This document shows positions 29,230 through 45,074 of a stretch of DNA of 64,000 nt, piece after piece. This DNA is from the human T2T-CHM13v2.0 reference genome, Homo sapiens. The notes under the pieces were generated by a model, which did not search any database, had not been told where the DNA came from, and was given only the letters and a program-made list of their open reading frames with translations. Within the stretch, counting starts at the first letter, position 1; each line of letters begins with the position of its first letter. The stretch is from NCBI RefSeq assembly GCF_009914755.1, contig NC_060929.1; one strand, 5' to 3'. The translations under genes and the position numbers were made by a program.

Positions 29230-31070
29230 TGTAAAACTATATTCAATTTGTAAATTGTGACAAATTAATGGATACAAAAACATGTAAAAATTATGAGAAA
29301 CTACAAACTATTTTATGCTGACAAATCTGAAAACTTAGATAAAATATACAATCCCCATAAAAACATTGCTTATGAAAACTAAGTCAAAAACCTAGAAAGC
29401 CTGAATAGATTTGAAAGCATTAAGTAAATAAAGTCATTGGTAAATTTCTATTCTCTCTCCCCCTCCAACTAATTATATGCAGGCTATATGTTTAATGACA
29501 TTTATCAAAATATCAAGGAATATATCATTCTTGTGTTATACAAACCCTTTCAAAGGAAAAAATAAGGAGAGCTCCATAACTCACTTACAAGGTTAGTAGA
29601 ATCTACATTTATTACAAAGAGGTTAAAAAAAATTCTAGGACATTTTCACTTGGCAGCATAGATGCAAGGATACTAAATAAGATAGTAGCAAAGCAAATTC
29701 CTCTATGTACAAAAACATAAGTCATTACTAAACAGTAGTATAAACTTTAACAGGAATTTAATGCAATCTAATAATCACAATAAAGAACACATATTATCTT
29801 AATTAATTCAGAAATATTATTTGATAAATTTCAAACAACTCTCAACTCTCATTACAAATTATATGAGGTCTCAAATTTGAAATGAAAAGTATATTCTTTA
29901 ACACTATAATACCTTACTTTAATAACACTACAGTGTAAGCCATAGTTAGTGTTGAAACATCACAATAATTCCTCTTGATGCCAAGAAGACAGCAAGGATG
30001 CCAGTTATAGTTGATTTGATTCTATGTTGTGCTCAGGTCCTAGCCAAGCAGAAAACCAAGAAGTAATATATAAGGATTATAAAAAAAGAAATATAGCTAT
30101 TAATATATGATTACAGTATATGTACACACAGACATGCAAACACATGTACATATATACATGTGCATATATACACACATTATGGCAACTATACTATATATAA
30201 CATTATGTATATACATAGATATGTATATTAGTATTTTGGTGAGCCAGTATTAATTGTAAAATGTAATAGAAAAAAATTCCGTATCTAATTTATTGTAGAA
30301 ATAAAAATTACTGAGCTACCTAGAAAAATTACCAACAAAATATGCTAATAAAAGTCATAAAAGATGACGCAAATAAAATAAGAACCCTATCATATTATAT
30401 TTATTTATGGGAAGAAAGGCTCTTACTTCTTCTTTCCTTGGTGTATAAATACAACACAATTTTAATTCATACATTTTATGCAACTCAATAAAATTACATA
30501 GATATTGACCAGTTCATTATTATAGTCCTATGGAAAAACAAAGCACCAAAGTAAGCCAAGAAGACTGAGTAAGCACTTTCACCTCATCAGAATTTAAGAA
30601 CAAAGTTGTAATAATTTAAAAAGTGTACATTGGTGAGGAAGCATTTTCACCTGATCAGAATTTAAGGACAAAGTTATAACAATTTAAAAAGTGTACATTG
30701 GTGTATGGATGCAGATATTGACTTTCTGAAAAAATAGAGATGCTCAAAAATCCATGTATATGTGAATATCTTGTGTTTGAAAAAAGATGAAATAATGAGT
30801 GAGAAAAGCAGACTATTCATTATTATAATAATTATCTATATTTGAAAAAGGATAAAATGGAATACAAAAAAAACAAAATTATAAACAAGTCCCAGATGGA
30901 TTAAATAATTAATTAAAATGCACAAGTACAAACTTTCAGAGGACAGCATAAAAACTATTGATCTAACATCAGTGTAGGGAAGTACTTTTTAAGTAATTTC
31001 AAAAGATCAACAAGCTGTCCTCAAATCAGTTGTGCATTTTGACTACATTAACATTAAAACTTCTTTTTTC
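29230..31070 (+). mobile_element. highly degenerate old LINE-1 ORF2 (L1M/L1ME)
   Basis: L1-like anchors TATGCTGACAAATCTGAAAACTTAGATAAAAT, CATAGATGCAAGGATACTAAATAA, GTCCTAGCCAAG and CCCAGATGGATTAAA occur in L1 order. Confidence 0.7.
30566..30703 (+). repeat. tandem duplication, 68-bp unit x2
   Basis: TGAGKAAGCAYTTTCACCTSATCAGAATTTAAGRACAAAGTT...AAAAAGTGTACATTGG occurs twice. Confidence 0.95.
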
Positions 31071-31082
31071 CAAATGACTCCA

Positions 31083-31275
31083 TTAATAATAATGATAACA
31101 AATTGTTATATAGTGCTTATTTTGACCTGGACTTGTTCTCTTCCTTCTGTTAATATTAACTCACTTGATCTTCAAAGTATCTATCAGGTAGATAATGTTG
31201 TTATCATAATTTTTCCTGAGACAATATTGAGGCATGGTAGATCAAGTAATTTCCTCAAGATTGAACAACTAGTTC
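31083..31275 (-). mobile_element. MIR SINE remnant
   Basis: ATAATAATGATAACAAATTG...AGTGCTTA...AACTCACTTGATCTTCA...TGAGGCA...CAAGTAATTTCCTCAAGA. Confidence 0.7.
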
Positions 31276-31806
31276 AATTTAATTAACTTAATTAAAAGGT
31301 GAACCAAAGATTTACAGCCTTTTAAATGAATAAATGCATATACAAACAAATAACACACCACATGGCAAACCAAAAGAACACTCTCTAGAATAGATTAAAA
31401 TTTCAGCAAATTAATGAGAAAAATTAAAAATTGGAAACCTTAGAGAAATAAGTAAAGTTAAGGTTTTGTTGTATTAAAAGGTAAAGTGAAGCACAACATG
31501 ATTAAAGGGTTTATTTGAGCAAACAGTGATTAATGAATTAGGCAGCTCGAAACCCAGATGTGGTTTGGGGGTTCCACCAAGGGAACTCAAGGGGAGGCTT
31601 TTATAGGACAAACATGGAAGTAACGCAAATATACTGTTGATTGGTTATAGTTATCCAGTTGCCTTATTGGGTCTGTTTTGCTGGAAAGGTTCTAGTTTTG
31701 TAAGTACAAGTTAGTTGGTGGCTTCTCATTCGTTAGCCTTAACTTCATTTTTTTTTAAATATAGGCATTTACAATAAATATTGCAAGTTTTGCTTATGCT
31801 TGCAAT

Positions 31807-32235
31807 TTTTTAGGCTGTTTTAGTGTTGCTATAAAGAAATAACTGAGTCTGGGTAATTTATAGTGAAAAGAGGTTTAATTGGCATACAGTTCTGCAGGCT
31901 GTACAGGAAGCATGGGGCAGGCATCTGCTCTGTTTCTGGGGAGGCCTCTGGGAGCTTCCACTCATGGTGGAAGGTGAATGGGGTTGGGCAGGGGGATCTC
32001 ACATGGAGGGAGCTAGAGCAAGAGAGAGGTGGGGAAGGTGCCACACACTTTTAAAACAACCAGGTATCACAAGAACTCTTAACTGTCACAAGGACAGCAC
32101 ACAGGGGATGGTACTAAACCATCGATGAGAAACCCGCCCCCATGATCCAATCACCTCACACCAGGCCTCACTTCCAATATTGGGCATGACAAGTTGACAT
32201 GAGATTCGGTGGAGACGTAGATTCACACCGTTTCA
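31807..32235 (-). mobile_element. MSTB-like (ERVL-MaLR) solo LTR
   Basis: GTTGCTATAAAGAAATA...CTGCAGGCTGTACAGGAAGCATGG...GGATGGTACTAAACCAT; flanks GCAAT/CCAAT. Confidence 0.9.
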
Positions 32236-32252
32236 CCAATCGAGCAAGGTGA

Positions 32253-32941
<689 letters not shown>

Positions 32942-33204
32942 TAATTTACTTCACCAGTTGTCATATTTGGCTGATGAAATTATGCATCAGAAATAGAGGG
33001 CAAAATATTCTCACTCAGAAATGAATAGAAACTTCCATTTGGAGTTCATCAGCAAGGGAGGCAGCTTACTTCTATGGTGTGTTCCAGGCCTACCGAAGCC
33101 AAGTTTCCTTTCAAGAGCACACAGGCACTGGCAGTAATGAGATGGAACTGTGTGATAATCCAGCAAGAGTGGAGAATCTCAACTCTGCTATCGTCAAGGG
33201 GAGC

Positions 33205-33327
33205 AGAAGTAATATATAAGGATTATGAAAAAAGAAATATAGCTATTAATATATGATTACAGTATATGTACACACAGACATGCAAACACATGTACATGTA
33301 CATGTGCATACACACATACATTATGGC
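33205..33327 (+). repeat. dispersed direct copy of 30059-30183
   Basis: AGAAGTAATATATAAGGATTAT...GATTACAGTATATGTACACACAGACATGCAAACACATGTACAT...CATTATGGC is present at both sites. Confidence 0.96.
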
Positions 33328-33569
33328 CACCTGCTTATCAGTCTGTCCCCAGACTCTTTGGAGATGTTACCTGCATGTCTCTTGGCTCACAGGTTTAAGC
33401 AATTGTGGAAGAAAAACCAACCCAAATGTATTCACGTGTTTACTGAAGACTGGACGAATCGAGATCCCTTCTTTGCCATAGAATCCCGGGACACACCAGA
33501 CTCCAGGTTTGAGGTCCCTTCCCAGAGAGGAGCAGGCAATTTGCAAGGAAGGAACTTGAGTCACTAATA

Positions 33570-34400
33570 AATATATGGAAACATATCAAATCAGTCTTAA
33601 ACAGGAAACATAAATTAAAACCACTATGAAATGACATCGGCAAAAGTTGAAGAGTCTAATAATGCTGTATGTGGAAGATTATGGGAAATAGGAGGAAATC
33701 TAAATTGTGGGTGGGAGTACAGATTGGCTCAACCGCTTTGGAAAATACCTCGGCAATAACTAGTAAATGTGAAGATGCTCACATACAAATATACAGCTTC
33801 ATTCTACATACATATTCCACACTACCGAACTATGCGCACCAGGACACAGGCACAAGAATGCTTATTGCAGGATTATTTATAACAATGAGAAACAAAAACA
33901 ACTTTCCCTCAAAAGCTGAATGTGTAAGCAAGTTTTGTTCATTTAATTCAGTGAAATATCACACGGCAGATCATTGGATAAACTATATCTACATATCACC
34001 ATTGTTAAAATTTCAACAGAATACTGTTGAGTTTAAAAAAACAAGTTGAAAACAAATATATAATAAGTATTGTGACATTATTTATATGTTGAAAAATATG
34101 ATGATAATATTTACATTATCTATATGTCCAAATATACCTTCTAAAAGCATAATAAGTAAAAACATGCATACTAAACTAGAGATGATTGTTTTTGTGGAAT
34201 GAAGTAAAGAAATGGATGTGGGTTAAGGTTTTAACTGTACATATAAAATAATGACTTTTAAATTAAAAAGCAGCAATAGAGAAGTCTGGGGCTACTAAAG
34301 ACAAATTATCTATTGGTTTAATTTTGGTGATGGGTCTATGGATGTCTATAATGTTTTTCTATAAATTTTGTGTGTAAGAGTAATATAAGATATTTTATTT
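33570..34400 (+). mobile_element. old LINE-1 3' portion (L1ME-like)
   Basis: AAATTAAAACCACTATGAAATGAC, AACCGCTTTGGAAAA and CACAAGAATGCTTATTGCAG occur in L1 order. Confidence 0.7.
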
Positions 34401-35249
34401 TTAGAAACAGAAGACAAAATAAAGGAGGGAAAGAAGAAAGAGAAAAAAGGGGGAGGCAGAAGAGGAGGGGGAGGAAGAATGGAGAAAACATAGACAGAAA
34501 CCCACAGGAGCTAAAATTGTAGAAGTCATTTACAGCCAGGGAAAAAGTCTAGAACTGACGCTGATGCAGGCCAAGGGTGGAGGCAGGTGTGGGCTTTGCA
34601 TGTCACACCCATGGCAGAATAGGAGGCATGACCACAAGTCATTGAGAGGTAGGGAGCTGACACCCATGCTCTGATAAAGCCAGGAATCTCAAGGACCGTC
34701 CTTCATTCATGGGAATGGAGCTAGGACCACTTTGTTCTCCAGCTGAGAGAGTAACAAGTCAGCCGATGCCCACTCATGAATGTGGGTGAAGCTCTCCCCG
34801 CAACAATCACTCTATGTGTCCTGCAGGAACTCCAAGCAGAGAAGTTATTTAAAAAAATGTGTCAAGAACAAGAGAAATGTTATAAAGAGAGCTTTCACAA
34901 ACCGGGGCCCCTAGGGCTACCTCCAAATTAAGGCCCATACGTGTATAATGTGATTGGTTTCCAGAGGGAAAATTGAAGTGACGAATGTTTTCCAAGAAGC
35001 TGGTATACTTGTTTCTGAGATCTTTAGTTAAAATACAGAAATATTCTCATGTAACTTTGTTTAAAACAGTAATTTTTACTTACATTTATTTCTCTACTTA
35101 TTTTTAAAAACAGTCATTTTTTTAAAGATCTTAGACTTTACACTCACACTTACTAATGGGTTAGGAATGATTCCGATACTAGCGCAGAAGACGTGGCGAG
35201 TACTACACAGCAATATTAGAGAAGAAGGAAGTTAACATATCAATGACCT

Positions 35250-35406
35250 CAACCTTCACGTTGGAAAAAAAAAAAACAGAAAAGGAAAATCAAACTATAT
35301 TCCAACTGAGTAAAAAAGAGAAAACAACCTTCATGTTGGAAAAAAAAAAAAAAAACAGAAAAGGAAAATCAAACTATATTCCAACTGAGTAAAAAGGAGA
35401 AAACAA
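35250..35406 (+). repeat. tandem duplication, 75/79-bp units
   Basis: CAACCTTCAYGTTGG(A)nCAGAAAAGGAAAATCAAACTATATTCCAACTGAGTAAAAARGAGAAAA occurs twice. Confidence 0.96.
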
Positions 35407-35622
35407 AATTAGAGAGTTAATACGTGAAATAGAAAATGGAAAAACAATGGAAAACATCAATAAAACCCAAAGCTGATTCTTTCAGAACAGCAACAAAGTT
35501 GCTAAACCAGTGATCAGGAAAGAGAGAGAGCGAGGACTTCCAACACAAAAAGTATAATAAAGAACTATTATGAATAAACTTTTTACCAACAAATTCAACA
35601 ACTTGGATAAAATGGATCAATT

Positions 35623-36058
<436 letters not shown>

Positions 36059-37109
36059 TCAAACAAAATTATGCAAATAAAATTCAACAGTATATAAAAA
36101 GGGATGATACATCATGACCAACTGGAGTTGATCTCAGGAATTCTGAATGGGCTCAGCATTTCAAAATCAACCAATATAGTTCATCGTATTAACAGACTGA
36201 AAAAAATAAAGATACTATGATCAGGTAAATAGATGCAAAAAACAATAGCCAATATCTATTCCTTATAAAACCTCTCAGAAATGAAAGAATAGAAGGAAGC
36301 ATCCTCAACCCGACTTTTTGAAAAAATCTACAGCTAATATTTATTTAATTGTGATTTACTTAATGTCCCTCCCAAGATTAGGATATCTATTCTCACCACT
36401 TCTAGATATTTTACTCAGAGCAATAAAGAAAACGCATTCTAATTAGGAAGAATGAAGTAAAACTGTCTTTATTTAAAAATAACAAGATTATCTATGTAGG
36501 AAATCTGAGGTTATCTCCAAAAGCTAGGGAAGCTAATAAGTGAGTTTAGCAAGTTTGCAAGATATAGGATCAATAAACACATGCTAATTGCGTTTCCACT
36601 AGCAATGAATAATTGAAAATTAAAATGCAAATATCAATAGCATCAAAAATATACATCTGAGAAAAGACTTGCAAGAAGCAGAGCGCTGAAAACTACAAAA
36701 CGTTTCTGAAAGAACTTAAAGAAGACTGGATAAATGGAGTGATAAACTGTGATCTTGGGTTGGCAGATTTAATATTGTTAAGATGTCTATTTTTTTTTTC
36801 AAATTGGCCCGAAGTTTAAACTCAATCCCAATCAAAATTTCAGCAGATATTTTTGGTATAAATGGGCAAACTGCCTCTAAAATTTATAGGGGAATGCAAA
36901 GGACATACCTCAAACAATATTGAAAAATAACAAATTCAAGAAATAATATTCCCTGACTTCAAGACTTATGATAAAGCCCATCAGTCAAGGCCATGTGGTA
37001 TCAAGATTGACTGATAGATCATTACAACAGAAAATAGAGTTAAGGAACATAGCCACACATATATGAACAAACGATTTTTGGAAAAGTGGCAAAGACTATT
37101 TGGTGATGA

Positions 37110-37433
<324 letters not shown>

Positions 37434-40400
37434 TGCTGAAATATTTTAATATCCATTTGTAAAATAAAAATAAACTTTGAACTATACCTTTATATCGTAT
37501 ACAAAATTTGTCTAAAAAGAGACCGTAGAGCTAAATACAAAATCTAAAAATAAACATCAAGAAGAAAACACAGGATCCTTGTGACATTGGCTTAGATCAA
37601 TATGTGTTAGACATGACACCAAATCCCAGTCTGTAAAATAAAAAGACTGCAAATTGACCTTCATCCAAATTAAAAACTTCTCTTCTTCAAAACACAGTTT
37701 CAGAGAATAAAAACAGAACAAAAGATTGAGTAAAATATTTGCAAATCCTGTGTCTAATAAAGAACTTTTACCACAAATGTGAAAAAAACAAAACTTGATA
37801 ATAAGAAAACAAAGAGTCCAATTTAAAAATGAACAAATGATCTGAACAAACACATTGCCAAAGAAAGGACACTGATGTCAAACGATCACATCAAAGACGC
37901 TCAGCATCCTGTGTCATTAGGGAAGTGCAAATGAAAACCACAGCAATACCACTGCATACCTGCTAGGATGACCAAGTTGCAGAAAAATAAATAAAATAAA
38001 ATAATGTAAAATAAAGGTAAGCCTACAAAGTGTCAGGGAAGATATGGAGAAACTCAAGCACGTGTATACTGCTGATAGGAATGTAAAATGACAATAAGTT
38101 TGGAAAACAGTGTATGTTTCTGCAAAAGTTAAACATGCCCTCCCAATATGATTTGGCCATTCAATTTCTAGAAATTTACCCTCCAGAAATGAAACCAAAT
38201 GTATACACATATACATTTGCACAATGCGTGTTTATTACAACCATATCATAGTCAACAACGAGAAATAGCTCAAGTGCTCATCAAGAGGTGAACAGATAAA
38301 CCAGCTGGGGTATATGCACCCAGTGGAATACTACTCAGCCATGAAAAAGAATGAACTATGGATACACGCTACGACATGGATGGATGTCAAAATAATTACT
38401 CTGAGTGAAAGGAGTCAGGAAAAAAATGATACGTTGTATGATTCCTATACATTTCTAAAACATGCAAACTCATCTGCAGAGCTCGAAAGCAGATCAGTAG
38501 TCATTTGAGGATCACAAGGGAGGGTGAAAAGGAGGAATCACAGTGAAACTTTTAGAGATGATTAGTATGTTCATTATCTTGATTGTGGTGATAGTTCATG
38601 GGTGAGAACTTATGTTAAAGCTCATCAAACCGAACACTTCAAATATGTGCAGTCAATTTTATGTCAAATAGACCTCAATAAAGCTGATTTTCAAAGTCTT
38701 ATTAAGATCATCACGTTAATTAGCTTAATAACCATTCCAGCTTGCACATTGAAACACGCATTTTCTTTTATTTCCTCCTAACAGGCAAGGCTGCAGGAGG
38801 CAGCTGAATCATCACTTCTGGCTTGACCATGCTCTTTCTTGCTACTGGCGAAGTGAAGCCCACCCAGGGGAGTGTTCCCACATGCACAGAAAGCACACAT
38901 TGACCCGGCAGATGTGATATGAACATGGAATTGGGACCTACGGAACCTGCCCATTTTATATGGGCAAGTCTTGGTGTTTAGAATGATGTGCTGATTTACT
39001 TAGGATTAAGCTTATGTGTCTTTGTTCACTTAGTTAAAGCAAGAGGCTGACAATATCCCAGTGATGCCAATATATGAAAGAAAACTCCAGGGCAGCGTTT
39101 ATCACAGTGGACATCTTGTTACAAAGCATGTCCACTTCAGAAAAATGCAAAAAAAAAAAGACATAATTGCTTTTTTGCTTCAGTGGAGGGTATATTTTTA
39201 ATCATGTGAGCTCTTTATAAACTCAAATCGACTTTATTTTTTAACGTGTATGTCTTGCTTGGAAAGAAACCTTCATTCCTTTCCTCAGTTCTGTGACTTC
39301 ACCACTGCACAAGTGCCACTTGTCACCCTTGGACTTGCCCGTCTTCCCAGACCAGCTTATTCCACTCAGAACAGCAATGGCAATGCAGTTTCTGGAACTT
39401 TCTCGCTGGTAAACACCAGCTCCTTCTGTATTCCGAATACCTTATTGTTTTGTGACATTATGGTGATGTCCGAGGAATCATTCTTGGTTGATCCTGAGAT
39501 TAACTGGGTCTAGGAAACATTTGTTTGTGTGAATATGTTTTCACCGCCCCTGCCCTCAGATCAAGATACGGCTCTGAGACTTATGGCAGCCTGTTCATGA
39601 GGCAAACTTTCCGAGTTTCAGCCTCTTCGTTTTTGAAATTGTACGTGTTTTTGCCACAGTATTGACATGATTGCATGAAGAGGTATTACGTGTATGTGAA
39701 AATATTCAGTAGAGTGCCCCGGGAATTTCTGGCTCCCAAGAAGTGTTAGTTCTTGCTCAATAATCACCCTTGCCATCTGACTGCTATATCAGAAGGTATT
39801 CACTTAGCAGTAATTAAGAGGAAAAGCTGATTTTTATCGGCTGCAATTGTTAAGATTAGATTCACACACTGGCAGCTGCCCATGCATTCCTGGTGTAAAT
39901 GTAGTCCTGTGGCGCCACCCACTGACTGATTCTGGACAGCTGCATGGCTGGTGGCTCTCTAGACTAGACACTTCAACCAGATTCACGCCCAACTCATTTC
40001 CCACTGCAATGGTGACTGTGACATTCATGCAGCTCACAAAGGAAAATGATTTCTCTAAAAGCCTTAATGGTTTTTAAAGTCTTTGGTCAAGAGCCAAGTT
40101 AGGTTTACGATGGTAAAAAAAAAAAAAAAAAAAAAAAAAGCAAGAAAGGAAAATGAAATATTCTCTGTTTATGTATTATGGTCAGATACATTTCAGAAGA
40201 CATGTTTTAATTAAACCCCTGAGTAGTGAGAAGCTAACCAGTATTTTCTGTCTTCTATGCATCAAGAAAAGTACATGTAAATCAACGTGTTTAAAATAAA
40301 TAGCAAATCACAAGAATATTGTAGGATTCATTTTTCTTCATTCACCATGGATAAAATCACCATTAAGAGAAGTGCTTTGGAAATTTTTATTTTATGATGT

Positions 40401-40804
40401 TAGTTCCCCTTTCTCCATTGAAATAAAGGAATATCATGCCACTCACACTAGAATTGAAGAAGAAAAGTTACACTAGGCAAAACCCTCCAAAATATTCTGG
40501 AACACCTAATAAAACCAAAGAAATTGCTCTTTAATAGGCCATGGAAAATGTTGCAATTATTACCCAGTGAACCACATAAATTCTTTCGAGTTACATTTTA
40601 ACTGTAGACTTTCATTTCTATTCCCCAGCAATACAGAAGGAAAACAATTCCAGGCTAATGTTTAGTTCAAATTGAAGGGGAAAAAATGCTTTTCCTGATT
40701 CAGATGCCGCATTAACTGCACTAGTGAAAGATTGTGACTTAAATATAACCTGTGTGTCCCTTGTCCTAAAATACGAGTTGGAAAATCCCAAACCTTGTTT
40801 CTAA

Positions 40805-40945
40805 ATTTTGTATTTTGAGAAAATTAAAGCTCAGAGGAGTTAAATGTTGAATCCAGTCAGATTACACAGCTGGTTAGTGATAGAACTGGAGAAAGAGATA
40901 GATTTTTGGTTCTCAGTTGAGTGGTCTTTTCCCCTTCACTACACT
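40805..40945 (-). mobile_element. MIR SINE remnant
   Basis: TGAGAAAATTAAAGCTCAGAGGAGTTAA...TTACACAGCTGGTTAGTGATAGAACTGG. Confidence 0.65.
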
Positions 40946-41746
40946 CCTCTCAACGAAATATTAATATTTATGTGGTCATATACATGAGCATATTATAATT
41001 TATACTAAAAGTAAAAATGTACTTTCTAAAAACTTTGGAGGAAAACTATCTTCTTAGACATACGGTGGAGAAGTCAAAAGCAAATAAAATATCTTGGGTT
41101 ATAAAATTTATAAATTTAGAATGCTGTTTCTGCTTTCATGACTGTAAATATGATATTTTTCTTAAGTCTTTGAAATTTCCATGGACTTCTTTCTGCTGAC
41201 TGATAGATTTCAAAGTCCTGGCACTTCTCAGTTTAACACTGTTGTCTGCAAAATGAATTGTAGGTAACCACATAATAACCAGGATTATGTATCTTAAGAT
41301 GAATCATTCATTAATTTTTGTCTTCATGATAAAATCTATGTCTGTTCATTCTAAGTTTCTTCAACAGGCAAACATATTTCAAAGTGTAAAAAATATAATG
41401 AAGTCATCAATAATTCTGTTACTGAGCATGTCCAAACAAAATAAAATTACAATTTTGGCATACTTCCCAGAGTCTCTCTCTCTCCTTCTTCCTCCTTCTC
41501 ATCTCAGTCTCTAACTTGTCCATATTGCTTTTCTCATAGTAAATGAGGTAAGCTCATGGTGACTGTTGAAAAACTTCCTTACTTGAGAATATTTTCTGTC
41601 TTATATAGGAATAGAAAAAGTTAACAAACATAATTTCCAAATAGAAGGGCTGTGAGCTGGGAAAATTTACACATTTTCTGAATTTGAAGGGCCTAGGACT
41701 CTCAGGCTCTTTTCACTTGGGATCGACTATTCCAAGTATGAGCATG

Positions 41747-41748
<2 letters not shown>

Positions 41749-41786
<38 letters not shown>
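41749..41786 (+). repeat. (TG)19 microsatellite
   Basis: Perfect TG run. Confidence 0.97.
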
Positions 41787-41788
<2 letters not shown>

Positions 41789-41839
41789 CTCAGGCCCTGT
41801 TGTCAGTGTTTACTGCGGTCTTCAAAAAAAGGCCTTGTG

Positions 41840-43560
41840 TAGTCTATTTTTTACATTCTGCATAAAATTTTAATGTAAACACTGATTTTGTTAATTTTTG
41901 GTCTATTTTGCAAATATTGATGCTTTCTTATTTAATTATGATTCCTTTTTTGATGTACTGAAATTAAAAATCACATAGAAAAATTTATCAAAATGTTTTC
42001 AAGGTTTTCTTTCTCTCTCTTGTTTTTTGAGTTAGCAACTTCCTCTTGCCCTTGAGATCTGACATATATATTCATTCATCTTCATTCATCTGCCTTTTGT
42101 GGTTTATTAATAGATTCATTAAATATATATTCTAGCCAAAATTTATTTTGGACGTCTCAAAAATAAACCATCTACATTCATCTTTTCCAGGAAGTTAACA
42201 AAAAGCATCATGTTTTATCACCAATTTGACACCTTAAAACATAATTTTTATGTTTGTTACGGTTTTTTCACAAATTGAATTAGAGAAGTTGGTTGTCTAA
42301 TTCGTTTTGTTTCACGAGTATCTTCTGTTCATCTACTGTAATTTTTTATATCAGTAACATACTTTCTGATAACTGTTACAGAGCCAGGAGTTCTTGATCA
42401 TCGGTTTTGGATGTAGTTTTCTGCCCTTTTATTTTATACTTCTTTTGTATAATCACATTTGAGAAGACATCAATGAAGAGGGTTATAATTTCTCTGGATG
42501 TAATTAAACCTTAAGTTTAAAAAATAAAGATATTTTTAAAAATAACATTTTAAGGCATGTCTTAAATATTTCAAAGCATGTCAAGCCTATTTATTTAAAA
42601 GACAGTCAGGCTTCAGATAAGATTTGACATTTTCTTCAGGTGCATTCCCTATATTTTTTATTTTAATGTTTTTACAGATATTTTCCACTCTTGTGGCCAT
42701 TGTGAACAGGATGTTAGTAATCATTATAGTTCTATAACTTGTAATATTCTATATTAAAGGATGCTTTTAATTTTGTACAATGAATCATCTGATAAAATGT
42801 TACACTATTTTAAATTATGTTTATTCATTTCTCTGTAGTTTGTCAACTAGAATCACAGGGCTTGAAGTTACTTACACGTACTTTTTATCTTTATAGAAAG
42901 TCACTTCATTTTTATGGTGTATTTCATATAATTATCTAAAAAATGTTTTAAAATGTTAAGTGATAAAGAGGATATTCAGTTTTTTACTTACATAAAATTG
43001 TTCTAATTAAATGCTTTTATAAGATTTTGATTATTTGCATAAATAGAGGTGATGTACGTTAAAGAACTTTCTACTTCAAGTTTCCTGAGTGATCTTCATT
43101 TACTTGCTTTTTTTCTTGTTTTAATCAGAAAGGAATATTGAAGATGATGAAATTACTTTTATAGCTCTATTGGAATTATCACTATGAACACATAGGCCAT
43201 ATGAGGGGATTTACTAATATTTGTATTCTACTTCACTTTTCTACAGCTGATGTCATTAAATCTATTCTACAATTTCTTTGAGTTTGGTAATTTAATACTT
43301 TATTCACTAGGAATGTTAGTACATTTAATTTAATTTAATTTTTTGGTTTAATTATGAAACTAATTAAGGCTTTAAATTTACCTCTGAGCACTCTATTAGT
43401 TAAATCTCCTAAGGACTTTTTGCAGATATATCTTCTTAATTTTAAATGTAATCAAGAGATGTTAACATACATTTTAGAAAAGAATTTAGGTAACTCTAAC
43501 ATTTATTTTACAAGAGTCCCAGAAATAGCATTATTTCCATTTTTATTCTCTGTTGCTGCA
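41840..43560 (-). mobile_element. highly degenerate old LINE-1 remnant
   Basis: T-rich strand with antisense L1-like anchors (TTTTCCACTCTTGTGGCCATTGTGAACAGGAT, GTTTTAATCAGAAAGGAATATTGAA). Confidence 0.5.
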
Positions 43561-43872
43561 AAATAAACTTTTTCATGTTACAACAACAATATGGTTATTC
43601 TGCGGATTGACTGAGCTCAGATATATGGTTTCCAGCTTTGTGCAATGTTGGCTGGAGCTGGAACCACTGGAAAAGTTCCAGCTTTCCACTATCTTGTGAA
43701 TCTACATTGTTTACAACATTACAATACCACTTCTAGTTTCCAGAGAAACTTTTCACATGAGGACAAAGAAATATGCACATGGACATTCAGAGTAGCACAT
43801 CCGTATCCGTCATAGCAACAACTGGAAATAACTGAAAGGCCTACTGGCAGGAGAATGGATAATAGTATCTCA

Positions 43873-44223
<351 letters not shown>

Positions 44224-44271
44224 GTGTGAATCTTAATGATGTAACTTGAATGAAAAGAAAGCCCCAGAGCA

Positions 44272-44598
44272 TATCTATTAATATGTATATGTTATATATA
44301 TATAGCAATGTATATGGCTATATAAAAATATTTTATATAAATGTACGTACATGCGTCTTTATATATATTATATAACATGTTACATATACATATACATATA
44401 TTACATACACATGTATTACATGTATAACATATACATGCAATATATATGTTATATAATATATGTATATAATGTATGCATGTGTATTCAATGTATGTAACAC
44501 ATATATAAAACATGTTACATATACATATATTACATATATACATAATATATTGTATATTACATATGTACACATATACATATATAATACATATATATGTA
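44272..44598. repeat. degenerate (TA)n/(TACA)n low-complexity tract
   Basis: About 325 bp of alternating TATA/TACA/TATG. Confidence 0.93.
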
Positions 44599-45074
44599 AT
44601 CCAAAAATGAAGAAAAGTACTAAAGTAAGGCAATAATTAACACCACAGTCAGGTGGAGCTTAACTTGACGGGTTGAGAAGTCAGGGGCTTGGCATAGGTT
44701 CAGAACCCTTGGGCAGCTGCATAACATTGGTAATGCTCTAGCTGTTGAGCTGGGCTGCAGGCTCATTATATTACTACATCAATGGATTCCTTAATTAAAC
44801 TATAAGAGAGTCATGATTCATGGACCAAGGACCAGTATATAGCACACTGTCGTGCTCTCCACACATACGCTTTATCCATCTTTTTCCTGTGACTGTTTTT
44901 GCAGCAATCAACCCCAGTTTACACCACTGATCTTTCTCTTTCCACAAGCACTTTTGCTGTCCCTCTGTGAAACTTCAGCCATTTTTGACTCAGACGCAAA
45001 CCTACAAGTTCAAAGGATTCAGCCCCTTATGGAACTTTCCTGGACCAAGGGAGATTGAGAGCCAATGGACAAAT

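Noticed and set aside
38761-38970. Strong-looking splice acceptor (polypyrimidine tract then CTAACAG at 38784)
   Set aside because: No convincing GT donor or reading frame; such sites are common by chance and need RNA evidence.
44292-44633. Ile/Tyr/Cys-rich ORFs
   Set aside because: Artefacts of the TA/TACA low-complexity tract.
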